Origin: a virus
Virus record (IMG/VR): IMGVR_UViG_3300025117_000032
Strand: one strand, 5' to 3'
Length of the DNA stretch: 64,000 nucleotides
The position numbers and the translations under genes are program-made. Shown in pieces: positions 19,822-29,904 of the stretch. Within the stretch, counting starts at the first letter, position 1. Every line of letters begins with the position of its first letter. Under the pieces are notes generated by a model. It did not search any database and was not told where the DNA came from. It worked only from the letters and a program-made list of their open reading frames with translations.

Positions 19822-20754
19822 TTATAGCTCCAACATGGAAGTCAAACCCCTCCCTATTTGAATGCCAACTTCTAAGTGGTACTCTGGGTGGATATTTTCC
19901 ATGGTTCTCTTGATAACTCCTATACTGTTCTCCAATTGTGATTTGTCCACATCGAAATATATGGAGTCAAACCTATGAAAAAGGATATGGGTTTTCTTTA
20001 AACCCAATAAATCTATGGAGATTAGATCATCAATCAACAACTCTGTACCTATTGATTGTATGATATTGTTAAATATAGAGCTTTCATCCTTGGGATAAAT
20101 CTTTCTCCCATATGAGTTGACAACATACCCTGTTTTTCGGAACATCTCAATCTTGGTTTTGTTGTATGCTTCTATGTAGACCCTTAGATTTGAGAAAACA
20201 TCAAATATTGACCTAAGAGATTCCTTGTCATATTTCTTTGAATCAACCAGGGATTGACACATCCTGATAACAGATTCTTCCCTTGCGTATAGAAGCGTAG
20301 AATCGATCACCTTGGCTTCTGACCTGGGAACACCCAATGTATCGGATACAAACTTATGAATGTCCTGGGGGCAATCTGGAACGTTTAGGAGGCTTCTGAA
20401 TATGTTGTACTCATGTACCTTGTAATCAAAGACCACAATATACCCATCCTCATACCTAGATTGTATACTCTTTAGGACAATAGGGTCAGATTCATTTATT
20501 AGGTTAACATACCCCTTAACAGCAAATATCCTAAAGGTTCTTTTATCCCTTCCATAGTATTTTGATCTTATGTAGTTATTATTTTGAACTGCTTCTTGAT
20601 ATACTTTCACTAAGCTGCTTTTTTTCTTATGCTTATTAAGACAGTAATGGACATAGAGTGCATTTGTGTTTATATGCACTATACAGTTATTTAAGATGCT
20701 TTCAGCTATTAATGAGCTTATGTTCCTTTTATATGTAGATTGTACTATATTCAC
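19822..20754 (-). CDS. divergent family A DNA polymerase-like domain
   Basis: FDYKVHE (motif A-like), DIH...R.EAK....LY (motif B-like), GYVVNSYGRK, FNNIIQS, FDS (motif C-like). Confidence 0.7.
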   Translation of the reverse strand: MNIVQSTYKRNISSLIAESILNNCIVHINTNALYVHYCLNKHKKKSSLVKVYQEAVQNNNYIRSKYYGRDKRTFRIFAVKGYVNLINESDPIVLKSIQSRYEDGYIVVFDYKVHEYNIFRSLLNVPDCPQDIHKFVSDTLGVPRSEAKVIDSTLLYAREESVIRMCQSLVDSKKYDKESLRSIFDVFSNLRVYIEAYNKTKIEMFRKTGYVVNSYGRKIYPKDESSIFNNIIQSIGTELLIDDLISIDLLGLKKTHILFHRFDSIYFDVDKSQLENSIGVIKRTMENIHPEYHLEVGIQIGRGLTSMLEL

Positions 20755-20763
20755 TGTAACCCC

Positions 20764-20844
20764 TTAACTGCTTTTTAGATATTAGGTACTTTAACTGCTT
20801 TTTAGATATTAGGTACTTTAACTGCTTTTTAGATATTAGGTACT
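20764..20844. repeat. 3 x 27-bp perfect tandem repeat in AT-rich intergenic region
   Basis: TTAACTGCTTTTTAGATATTAGGTACT at 20764, 20791, 20818. Confidence 0.95.
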
Positions 20845-20912
20845 TTAAGCTACTAAGCTCTTTATAATATATAAGATAAATAAGATATTCTTTTTTTCTT
20901 CGCCGCTACGAA

Positions 20913-20941
20913 AGTATAGCAGAGAAATTAGGATTTGTAAA
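20913..20941 (-). promoter_or_regulatory. sigma70-type promoter at start of replication module
   Basis: TTTACA-17 nt-TATACT. Confidence 0.55.
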
Positions 20942-21665
20942 GAAAATTTTGAAAGATTTTTTCAAAAGACCCAAATTTTTTCACAATGTAAACCAAAATT
21001 TCCTGTTTCGATAGGTTTCGTTGGGATTCAAACTGCTTGTGGATGCTGTCCATGGTTAGAATTTTACCACACAACGCCTGACACGCATCCTGTAGGACAA
21101 TGGGAATCACCTTGCAACTCTTGATATCTACATCTTCATTACTAAAAATCATACAAGATTTGCCACAACCATTTATCAAATCAACAACTAGTTTATCTGG
21201 ATCCATGCCAAGATACACCAGGGAGTCCTTTTTCATTGAAAAGATGGTTAGTTTCCCGCTATCATCAATGCACAGGTATATCTCATACCTACCATTGTGA
21301 ATAAAAATCTTCTTGGTTTTCTGTAAGAAAAACTCAAGGGGGTCTAGCTTATCAAACATCAAGTCTAAGCTAACATCTGTGCACCTGAAAAATTCATCCA
21401 GGGTTTTCTTGACAAATTTATCAACCCAACACTCATGAGGGATCTCTTGTTCCGAATAAGACCAGTAGTAATATTGATTGATCTTTGTATCGTGGCCAAC
21501 TGAATCACCAAAGATTTCTTTGGCTAATTTTTTTCCATAAATCAACGTTGGTTTGTCAGTTTTTACTTGACTTATGCCGGAACATATGTTAATATGTGGG
21601 GTGTCGTATTCTCTTAGTTCACCAGGAACCTTTTCAGAACCGATCAATACGTTCATTAGAACCAT
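20928..21665 (-). CDS. hypothetical protein
   Basis: 245-aa ORF with GGAG RBS. Confidence 0.65.
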   Translation of the reverse strand: MVLMNVLIGSEKVPGELREYDTPHINICSGISQVKTDKPTLIYGKKLAKEIFGDSVGHDTKINQYYYWSYSEQEIPHECWVDKFVKKTLDEFFRCTDVSLDLMFDKLDPLEFFLQKTKKIFIHNGRYEIYLCIDDSGKLTIFSMKKDSLVYLGMDPDKLVVDLINGCGKSCMIFSNEDVDIKSCKVIPIVLQDACQALCGKILTMDSIHKQFESQRNLSKQEILVYIVKKFGSFEKIFQNFLYKS

Positions 21666-21677
21666 TGTTTGTTACTC

Positions 21678-23444
21678 CTATCCAAATCCACCAGTGCCAA
21701 TAGCATCATTTACATTTGTTTTGTGTTCGCTTGATGGGAATACCATTTCTCTCCAATTGAAGCTAGGCACAACCAACTCATCTGGAACATCATTCGTGAC
21801 ATTTTGATCACTCGTTGCAGCCCTACTACCATCAACAAACGTCTTCGTTTGGATCAACTTCATCGCAGTTGTAAACACATTCTCATCAATCTCATGTGTG
21901 AACTCAATGACCTTGTATTTTCCACTCCACAACATTCCACCCAAGTTCAAATCTATGTCATCAAATAAACTTACAGACGGGGTTCCCAAGATAACCATTC
22001 CAATTTCTTTTGCCTCTTGGGCAATGAATTGATACATGGATTTTATGTTGTTTATCAAGGCTGGGGTTGACATTGACATTTCTGTTCCATCTTTTCCAGC
22101 CATCTTATCTGCTGATATAGCATTGTAGATGGTAAACTCACCAGAGTCAATGCCGGCGTCGATTGATATTATCACATTGTTGTTTGAATGTATATCAAAA
22201 CTTGCGTTTTTGTTGAATATGCTTTTGAATGAACTCGCAACTTGAGTCTCTTGCATGGTGTTTAGGATGCTAGGAAATTCGTATGAGGTATATTCCCCAA
22301 TGTTGTTGAAACTGGATTGAAGGATCGTCCACTTCATCTTTCCTTCTTTGTTGACCACATCTGGAGTTTGCCAAATTGTGAAACCATTTTCAGAAAGCAT
22401 ACTGTCAATCATCTGCAATACACTAGTGTTAGCATACTCTTCAACATTCCAAAGTTTGTTCAATGTTTCTGTGTTCTGCATTGCACCCTGGGAAAAATCT
22501 CTTGCCAATTCTGTTCCATTTGTTGTGGACCCATCTTGCAGCACAATATCAAAGCAAATCAACCTTATGTCATCTGAACTTGGGATATCTGTTTCATCCA
22601 CAAACAACATTCTACTTGAAAGAGCTATTTCATTTGTGGTTGGTTGTGCTTCCTCACTCTCGATAACATTACTCTGCCCATTCAAACCATTGACGACTTT
22701 AATCCTGGCAAACTTTTGTTCCGTTCTACTGGTCATTTGGTCTGGGTTTATGCCGTCTTTCAAGACACCACTTTTTATGTTCCTCACCAAAGTCTTCGAT
22801 GCCTCTAGCAAAATCTTAATGGTGTTAGCCAAAGATTGGGGGTGTAACCAAACTCCATCCGAATTGCAATATTGTGCCCCAGGTATACCAGATGAAACCT
22901 TCATGTTATCACCTTCACCACGAACATAATAGTCGGTAGGGTCATAGTCAGTATTAGTTGTGCTTACGTTCATTGCATTTTCTGCCAGTGTCTTAATTGC
23001 CCCAACCTTTATGTCATCTAGCAACAAAGAGTTTGTGGATATCAATTGTAGTTCAAGACCAAAGGTTCTCGTGTCACTAGCATAAGTTAAAGATGGTCTT
23101 CCAGCCAACATCAAATCAGACAGAGTTCCTTTGAAATATTTGCTCTCTCCACCGTCACCAGCCCAACCATATTCCAGCTTAAATTTTTCAGAGAACATCA
23201 ACAGTCTATTCAACAGACTAGAATCATCATCTGCTTCTATTACTAAGTCCTGGGATAGGGTTATGCTGGCGACTGCTTCAACATATGATCCCTTGTTATT
23301 GATCGTGACTTTGTTCAACCCATAAAACGAAACAGGGTTTCTCACAAAAATGTTCGAGTTGCTACCGCCGATAACAATGTCTTTGTGGGTGGACCTACTT
23401 ATTTTTGTTAGTACAGCAAAGGGAACTAGATTTGAGTATGACAC
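21678..23444 (-). CDS. baseplate hub / late-control-D-like tail protein
   Basis: LEYGW near N-term; C-terminal G.P.....D.I.....SGKYKVIEFTHEI....FTT; baseplate context. Confidence 0.6.
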   Translation of the reverse strand: MSYSNLVPFAVLTKISRSTHKDIVIGGSNSNIFVRNPVSFYGLNKVTINNKGSYVEAVASITLSQDLVIEADDDSSLLNRLLMFSEKFKLEYGWAGDGGESKYFKGTLSDLMLAGRPSLTYASDTRTFGLELQLISTNSLLLDDIKVGAIKTLAENAMNVSTTNTDYDPTDYYVRGEGDNMKVSSGIPGAQYCNSDGVWLHPQSLANTIKILLEASKTLVRNIKSGVLKDGINPDQMTSRTEQKFARIKVVNGLNGQSNVIESEEAQPTTNEIALSSRMLFVDETDIPSSDDIRLICFDIVLQDGSTTNGTELARDFSQGAMQNTETLNKLWNVEEYANTSVLQMIDSMLSENGFTIWQTPDVVNKEGKMKWTILQSSFNNIGEYTSYEFPSILNTMQETQVASSFKSIFNKNASFDIHSNNNVIISIDAGIDSGEFTIYNAISADKMAGKDGTEMSMSTPALINNIKSMYQFIAQEAKEIGMVILGTPSVSLFDDIDLNLGGMLWSGKYKVIEFTHEIDENVFTTAMKLIQTKTFVDGSRAATSDQNVTNDVPDELVVPSFNWREMVFPSSEHKTNVNDAIGTGGFG

Positions 23445-23445
23445 A

Positions 23446-23745
23446 CTACACCTGGTTCCTTATTTCATTCAAGACATCTGCAAGTGGATAGGGAACTCGT
23501 ATTACTTCCCCGGCTTCTATATCAAACTCTATGTGGTAATTATTGGCAGCTAAGATTACCCACCAGTAGTTTGGTGAGCCATATACTCTATTGGATATCA
23601 AGTCAAGCCTATCCGCACTATTGTATGTAAGAAACACATCTGTTTCCCGATCCAATATTTTGTAAGGTGGGGTGTTTGGTGGGGGAACATTATCCTTACT
23701 TTTTTTCAGGTTGAATATTTCCCTGTATCTGTTAACAACAGCCAT
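23446..23745 (-). CDS. baseplate wedge protein (gp53/LysM-like)
   Basis: DRLDLISNRVYGSPNYWWVILAANN...G.VIRVP. Confidence 0.8.
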   Translation of the reverse strand: MAVVNRYREIFNLKKSKDNVPPPNTPPYKILDRETDVFLTYNSADRLDLISNRVYGSPNYWWVILAANNYHIEFDIEAGEVIRVPYPLADVLNEIRNQV

Positions 23746-23747
23746 GC

Positions 23748-25271
23748 TTAACTCACACTATCTTTGTCAAAGTTGTAGAAGTCTTCGCTGTCTGCGGACA
23801 ATGAAGCTCCATGTAATAGTTTACCATTCAAGGTTATCTTCATAATCATAGGCACGATATCGTTGTCATTCAAATCCCAAATCAATGGATCATAGGAAAA
23901 GTTTGTGGACTCTATTATGCAATAGATTCCCCTGAACATTGAACCAACCCATAGCCTGCAATATGGTGCTGATTGGTATTTCCCGTAAGAATATTTTGGT
24001 CTTTGGCATTGGTGTAAGAAGTTCTTTCTTTTTGCCACTTCACTCTTTGTTAGCAATGGATACTGTTCCCCATTCGGACCCGTTAGTTTGTTTCTCATTG
24101 GGTTTGTTCCCAACTCTTCTAGTAAGCCCTTTCCAGAATTCGGTCCAAAGTCTCCAACAACTGGAATGTCTCCCCCGTCTGCAAATAACATGAAATCCAT
24201 GGTGAAGGTTCTCTCTGCCCTTTGGTATGTGTATATGTCCTCACTTCTGTTTATTAGGGAGATACTATTCCAGGAAGCAGAATCTTCTTCGTTGATGCTT
24301 TCAATGTATGCCGGGAAACTCATAGTTTTTCCATTGGCTAGGTTCATAATTTTGAAATCAAACCCAGGTGCCTCTAAATCAGAGGGTTTGTACTCTGGAC
24401 CCCCAAACCTATTTGGTAAATATTTGTTCCCGTATGTTCCACCAAAGCTGGGTCCAAATTTTGGTATGATTGGTAGTTTAATCGGTCCAGTTGGGATTGG
24501 GAATTTGATTGTTCCGTTTCCACCTTGGTTTGTTAAGGCTTTTTTGAGTTGACTTGATGGGTCAAGTGAACCAATATCAGAAAAGAAACTTTCAACATTA
24601 CCAAATATCTTTGATGTATCAAGTAAGTTTGTTCCCAAAAACGACTGTTCCTTGGATAGTCTGTTGCCTTTCAATTGATGCAATTTTGCTAACATCGAAT
24701 GCTCTATTGCTGTCTGGGTGTTGGTTACAACCGATGCTCTCCTTATGGAATCGATCATCATGCTTGCTGGTATCTCTTCAAACGGTCCAACCGTTCTAGC
24801 CATCAAAGCTTGAAGCTGTTGGATAGAAGCTTCCACCGCAGAATCTTTTGCCTCATTCAAAAAGTTACCCAAGGTTTCGGTTGGATTCTGGATAAGTGCA
24901 ACCGTATCTTCCACAATGTTGTCAATTCCAAAGCTAGAAAGGGATAGACTCCCAAGTACGTTTCCTATGGCATCACCAAGATCATCAACCGATGGTAACA
25001 ATTGGGGTTTGTTGTTGGACTTGTTTTCCTCAAGCTTCTTTTTTCTCTCATCTTCTGTTCCAATTCGCTCCCAAATTGTGTCATATTGTTTGAACATGGT
25101 TGACAAAGCTTCATAAGCTATTGCCGATCTTTCCACAATGGTACTTTCGTTAACATATCTGTCAACAACCTCGAAAATTTCCCCAATCAAACTTGTATTT
25201 TCATCATAAGTGTCAACAATAGGGTGTCTTCCACCTAGCAAGCTATCATCAATTTTGCGATCAGACATCAT
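23748..25271 (-). CDS. baseplate/tail-tube initiator-like protein
   Basis: FPAYIESINE..SASW......R.EDIYTYQ..ERT..F; position after tape measure. Confidence 0.6.
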   Translation of the reverse strand: MMSDRKIDDSLLGGRHPIVDTYDENTSLIGEIFEVVDRYVNESTIVERSAIAYEALSTMFKQYDTIWERIGTEDERKKKLEENKSNNKPQLLPSVDDLGDAIGNVLGSLSLSSFGIDNIVEDTVALIQNPTETLGNFLNEAKDSAVEASIQQLQALMARTVGPFEEIPASMMIDSIRRASVVTNTQTAIEHSMLAKLHQLKGNRLSKEQSFLGTNLLDTSKIFGNVESFFSDIGSLDPSSQLKKALTNQGGNGTIKFPIPTGPIKLPIIPKFGPSFGGTYGNKYLPNRFGGPEYKPSDLEAPGFDFKIMNLANGKTMSFPAYIESINEEDSASWNSISLINRSEDIYTYQRAERTFTMDFMLFADGGDIPVVGDFGPNSGKGLLEELGTNPMRNKLTGPNGEQYPLLTKSEVAKRKNFLHQCQRPKYSYGKYQSAPYCRLWVGSMFRGIYCIIESTNFSYDPLIWDLNDNDIVPMIMKITLNGKLLHGASLSADSEDFYNFDKDSVS

Positions 25272-27686
25272 TTATCTCCTTGCAGATGGGATCAATTTGA
25301 TAACCCTCTTTGAAATTTTATCCACCAAAACATCCCCATCCAATTTTACTTCTGTTTTCAATTCAACGGGAATGTATTCCATTTGTTTGTTCATTACTAC
25401 AGTCAAACCCCTTATGGCGTTGGTTAATTCGTTGGTCGAAAGATCCATGTGCTGTGTCTTTGGTGAAGCTGGGGTTGAGTTAAAAATCCCCCCTGTTGCA
25501 ACCATGGCACCATATCCGCCGGCCATTGCAAACATACTAGCACCAATCTTGAATGGGTTTGATTCAGATAGGATGGTTGCTAAGTTGCCTATGTTCTCAA
25601 GAGACTTGTTAAACACTTCCCCTATGGGAACAAACTTTGTCATTGCCGAACCAAGCAACCACATGGCTCCAGACATAACACCAATTGCGATTGACCCACC
25701 AAGGATTGCTGGGGATATTGTACTTAACAATGCAGCTATAGCACCAAGCCCTGCAATTCCAGCGGTCATAATACCAAGTTCTTTCCATCCAACATTAGCT
25801 TTCTTTAGTTTACTTAGAGCATCACTCATTATCCACACAGCACCAGCTAAGATCAACATTGCTGCTGCTCCTGCTAACCATTGTTTGGCTTGTGCTGCCA
25901 TCATCTTTGAATTGAAAGCCCCTTGGTTTGTGAATCTTCCAGTAGCAGGATCTCTCATTTGCGATGCACCCATTGTCCTACTTGCTTGTCCAGGTACCCT
26001 TGGTTGTCTTGTTGATCTTGCTACATTTGGGTTAACTATTTGGGCACGATTTGTTAGTCTTCCGGTTGCTGGATCTCTAACTTGGTGTATTTCTTTTCCA
26101 CTAAAGGTAGAGAAAAGTCTTGATACCCTTCCTCCCCTACTTACCTTCCCTAGTTGTTTTTGCTTCCACATGGAAAAACCATCTGGCCCAAGATTAGATG
26201 CTCCAGCCAAACCATGCTTATAGACATTAAGTTTTCCAGCAACGAATTGTTTTACTTTCCAGGCTTTATCAAATACAAACCAAGCAATTGCAGCCCCGGT
26301 TAAGGTCTTCACCAGTGTTTCGTTTTTCATTGCCCAACCAACAAGTTTCCCCAACAGACTTACGATTGGTGCTACTGCCCACCATATACCTTGCACCAAA
26401 GGAGAAACAATATCAAATATTGCTGTTGAAAATTCCTTAAGGGGTTGCTTAAAACCAGACAACAATTTAGTTATGAACCCAACACCTTTTTGAATTGCTG
26501 GAAATGCTTTTTCAGCTAGTGAGTTGATGGTTGTTGCTAAGAGATTACTCAACGAAACCTTTATTTGGTTTAGGTAGTCCCTGTTTTCTCTTGCTAATGT
26601 TGTCATGTCAATCCACTTTTGGGAAGACATACCAGTGTTCATAGCTATTCTCTTGGTTGCCTTTAGCAACTCTTCCCTATCTAGCCCAACCAATGGTGCC
26701 AAGTTATCAGCAATGTCTATTCCGATTTGAGAAATGTTTCCACTCTTATCAGTGTATCTTTGCATCTTATCAAGAACACGCTTCAACAACATTGTGGAAT
26801 CTCCACCCCTAGCAGACGCCATCAATGCTCTCATGTCTATATTCATACCAAACCTAGAAGCCGTCACCGTTGCTTGCATAGCTTCCTGGAAATTCCTATA
26901 CTTGTCTGTTGCCCCCACAACTTTTTCCAGGTTAACTCCGGCTCTCTCTGCAAAGATAGCCATGTCTTTTACGTTGCTCATACCAACCTTGGATGATATG
27001 TTGAATTTGTACATATACTTGGCAATACCAGAAACTTGCTTCATGACTTCAATGTAGTTTAAGTTGTATTGCCCAGAAGATTCCACCAACCTGTTTGACC
27101 AATCAGTTATTCCCTTGGCGTCTTTTTTTCCGAACATAACAAGGGATCCAACCAATTCGGAAGCATCGCTACCCTTTAGATCAAACACATCACCGATCAA
27201 GGCTGTGGTGGAGGTTAGGTCTTTGATGTTGAAGGGTGTTTGTATGTTTCTGAATTCAGAATACAGTCCCTTGAATGCTTCATAGTTATCGTTTAGGGTG
27301 AACCCATATTCAGATAGAAGTTCATGCTGCCTCATTAGACCACTTAAGAATCCGGTCTGTCTGTCAATGGTTATACCCATTTCCTTACCAAGCAAAACCT
27401 TTACACCAACTATTTCACTACCCAAGTGGGCAATAGAATCCGCGACAGAAGACAGAGACAAGATTTTGATTGGTTCCTTGACAAAGAATTTTAGCTGGTC
27501 TGTTATGGTTTGCTTGGTGGATTTTATACCTTGAGCATGTCTTTTTGTTATCGCATCAAAGGCAAGTATCCCAGCCATGAACATACCAGCACTACTCTTG
27601 AATGTCTGGGATGATTTCTTCATCTTATCCGAAGACTTAGACAACTCTTCAAACGCATCTTGATTGCCAATATTTTCAAAGTCCAT
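25272..27686 (-). CDS. tape measure protein
   Basis: long Ala/Gly-rich helical ORF with hydrophobic segments; better start ATG 27686 (AGGAG RBS) than 27776. Confidence 0.75.
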   Translation of the reverse strand: MDFENIGNQDAFEELSKSSDKMKKSSQTFKSSAGMFMAGILAFDAITKRHAQGIKSTKQTITDQLKFFVKEPIKILSLSSVADSIAHLGSEIVGVKVLLGKEMGITIDRQTGFLSGLMRQHELLSEYGFTLNDNYEAFKGLYSEFRNIQTPFNIKDLTSTTALIGDVFDLKGSDASELVGSLVMFGKKDAKGITDWSNRLVESSGQYNLNYIEVMKQVSGIAKYMYKFNISSKVGMSNVKDMAIFAERAGVNLEKVVGATDKYRNFQEAMQATVTASRFGMNIDMRALMASARGGDSTMLLKRVLDKMQRYTDKSGNISQIGIDIADNLAPLVGLDREELLKATKRIAMNTGMSSQKWIDMTTLARENRDYLNQIKVSLSNLLATTINSLAEKAFPAIQKGVGFITKLLSGFKQPLKEFSTAIFDIVSPLVQGIWWAVAPIVSLLGKLVGWAMKNETLVKTLTGAAIAWFVFDKAWKVKQFVAGKLNVYKHGLAGASNLGPDGFSMWKQKQLGKVSRGGRVSRLFSTFSGKEIHQVRDPATGRLTNRAQIVNPNVARSTRQPRVPGQASRTMGASQMRDPATGRFTNQGAFNSKMMAAQAKQWLAGAAAMLILAGAVWIMSDALSKLKKANVGWKELGIMTAGIAGLGAIAALLSTISPAILGGSIAIGVMSGAMWLLGSAMTKFVPIGEVFNKSLENIGNLATILSESNPFKIGASMFAMAGGYGAMVATGGIFNSTPASPKTQHMDLSTNELTNAIRGLTVVMNKQMEYIPVELKTEVKLDGDVLVDKISKRVIKLIPSARR

Positions 27687-27774
27687 GTGTATCTCCTGTT
27701 TCATATAAATAATGGGAACCATAGAAAATGCGCCATATTTAATTGAGAAACCAACATTAAGGAGTTGATGCTTC

Positions 27775-28269
27775 ATGGCAATAGAAATGCTAAGACCCGT
27801 ACCAATTAGTTCTGAGCCTAAAAGACAGAATAGGTTTTACCTAGACATACCTGGAATCACAGACGGAGAAAACTATTGGATGGTAAAGTCTGCCAATAGA
27901 CCGACTGCCACAGTCAACGAAACAGAAATACCATATATGAATACTAGTTCATGGGTTGCTGGTCGTTCAATCTGGGAACAATTGGATATTACATTCATCG
28001 ATTGCATTGGTCCATCGACTTCCCAAAGAGTAATGGATTGGATAAGATCATGTATAGAACATTCAACTGGTAGAATGGCGTATGCCTCTAACTACAAGAA
28101 ACAACTTTCATTGTACTTGCTTGATCCTGCTGGGGAAATAGCTGAGCAATGGACCTTGAACGGAGCCTGGGTAACAAACGGAAACTTTGGATCATTGGAT
28201 TATAGTACAGAAGACCTAGCGGAAATAACAATCACGATAAGGTTTGACTACGCAGTGCTTAATTTTTAA
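27775..28269 (+). CDS. tail tube protein (T4 gp19-like), opposite strand
   Basis: EPKRQNRF, RPT, AGRSIW, DW, YKK.L.L.LLDPAG...EQWTL.GAW....FG.LDY. Confidence 0.9.
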   Translation: MAIEMLRPVPISSEPKRQNRFYLDIPGITDGENYWMVKSANRPTATVNETEIPYMNTSSWVAGRSIWEQLDITFIDCIGPSTSQRVMDWIRSCIEHSTGRMAYASNYKKQLSLYLLDPAGEIAEQWTLNGAWVTNGNFGSLDYSTEDLAEITITIRFDYAVLNF

Positions 28270-28363
28270 ATTGTTTGTTTCCAACGAGTTACGAAGAAAA
28301 GCACAATCGAATGTAACTCTAACAATCCTCCTGCATATTTATTATGTGTAGGAGGATAAATTT

Positions 28364-29185
28364 ATGCAACATAAATGTTGGGTTTGCGAAAGCACATTTG
28401 AAAAATACGATTCACTTCGTAGGCATGTTGGTAGGGCGCACAAAATACATTCGTCCGAAGTGTATGTTAAAGTAAACCTTGATGGGGTCTATCCAATTTG
28501 CGCTTGTGGTTGTGGTGAAAAATTGCCATGGACAAACAAGGGCTTTCTCAAATATATTCGCGGCCATGCATCTAGGGTGAACAACAATTGGGGTCACAAT
28601 CCAAAGGCAGTTCAAAACTCAACTGATACCAGAAGGGAACAATATAAAAGTGGCCTTAGAACGGTTTGGAATAAAGGTTTAACCAAAGAAGATCCTAGGG
28701 TTTTAAAATACATTGTTGGAATGAACACAGAAGAAAGATCTAAGAAGATATCAGAAACAACAAAGGGAAAAAAGAAAACTGGAAAAGCTTTAATTGCTTC
28801 CAGAAACAATATACTAAACTTCCACAAAAGCAATCCAAAATATAGCGGGCTTGAAAATAAATTTGAGTTTATATTAGATAAGCTTGGTGTAAAGTATGAA
28901 AAGCAGAAACAATTGGTTTATGGAACTTTTGGGGTTAGAATTTATGATTTTTGTATTCCATCTAAGAATATTTTGATAGAAGTTGATGGTGATTATTGGC
29001 ATTGCAATCCGTCTATTTTCCAAGATGGACCAATAAATAAAACCCAAACAGAAAATATAATAAACGATGCGTTGAAAGAAAAGTTGGCAAAGATAAGGGG
29101 ATATACATTAATCAGGTTTTGGGAACAAGATATAGTAGACACACCAAATGCTATTTTTGATGATTTGTATGAGAAAATAAAGTGA
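28364..29185 (+). CDS. DUF559/Vsr-like putative homing endonuclease with Zn finger
   Basis: C2H2 N-term, CACGCG, WNKGLTK, YDF...LIEVDGDYWHCNP...GY.LIRFWE. Confidence 0.8.
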   Translation: MQHKCWVCESTFEKYDSLRRHVGRAHKIHSSEVYVKVNLDGVYPICACGCGEKLPWTNKGFLKYIRGHASRVNNNWGHNPKAVQNSTDTRREQYKSGLRTVWNKGLTKEDPRVLKYIVGMNTEERSKKISETTKGKKKTGKALIASRNNILNFHKSNPKYSGLENKFEFILDKLGVKYEKQKQLVYGTFGVRIYDFCIPSKNILIEVDGDYWHCNPSIFQDGPINKTQTENIINDALKEKLAKIRGYTLIRFWEQDIVDTPNAIFDDLYEKIK

Positions 29186-29625
29186 TGACTTACAAAAGAA
29201 AACGGAACCCTCATGCTTATGGTGTGAGGGTTTTGCTTAGGAAACGTCCTCAAAATAGCCTAGAAAAACGGTTTGAAAAGATCCTCATTGAATTGGGGGT
29301 TGACTACAAAAAGCAAGCCGTTGTTTGGGTGAGTTTAATCAGGGGTCACAAAAAATACAAAGTGTACGACTTCCAAATACCATCCAAAAAGATCCTCATT
29401 GAAATAGATGGAGACTATTGGCATTGTAACCCCAAAAAATATCCAAACGGCCCCATAAACAGAGTCCAAAAAAGAAACATTCTGAATGATTCCATAAAAG
29501 ACAGAGTTGCTATTGCGTATGGTTATCAATTAATCAGGATATGGGAAGACGATATCAATAACAACACAAAAAATGTAACCAAAAGCCTAAAGAAAGTTAT
29601 TGGCAAAATAAATCTACCCACTTGA
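29182..29625 (+). CDS. DUF559/Vsr-like endonuclease
   Basis: LEKRF, YDF...LIEIDGDYWHCNP...GYQLIRIWE. Confidence 0.8.
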   Translation: MMTYKRKRNPHAYGVRVLLRKRPQNSLEKRFEKILIELGVDYKKQAVVWVSLIRGHKKYKVYDFQIPSKKILIEIDGDYWHCNPKKYPNGPINRVQKRNILNDSIKDRVAIAYGYQLIRIWEDDINNNTKNVTKSLKKVIGKINLPT

Positions 29626-29651
29626 TAATCCTGTCAACCTGTCAATTTTAG

Positions 29652-29903
29652 TCAAACTTCTGTGGTTTTCACCTTTTTTGTTGGCCTCTTTGGCTTTCCA
29701 ACCTCTAGCTCTTCATTAGAAGCCTCTAGCTTGCCCTCTGCTGAATCTTCTGCCTTTGGCTGGGGCTTTGCTTCCACCTTTGCCTCTGGTTCGACAGGAG
29801 CCAACCCAGGGGTTTCACCTATCACTTCTGGCCCGGCATGATCTTGAGCCAATTTTGCTCTCTGTCTCTCCCAACAACTCATCTTTGAACTGTATATTCC
29901 CAT
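29652..29903 (-). CDS. hypothetical low-complexity protein
   Basis: 83-aa ORF coupled to upstream gene. Confidence 0.55.
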   Translation of the reverse strand: MGIYSSKMSCWERQRAKLAQDHAGPEVIGETPGLAPVEPEAKVEAKPQPKAEDSAEGKLEASNEELEVGKPKRPTKKVKTTEV

Positions 29904-29904
29904 T

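Noticed and set aside
20764-20844. Possible CRISPR array
   Set aside because: Repeats are contiguous with no spacers; no cas genes in window
27687-27776. N-terminal extension of tape measure to 27776
   Set aside because: Overlaps the divergent promoter region; ATG 27686 has the AGGAG RBS
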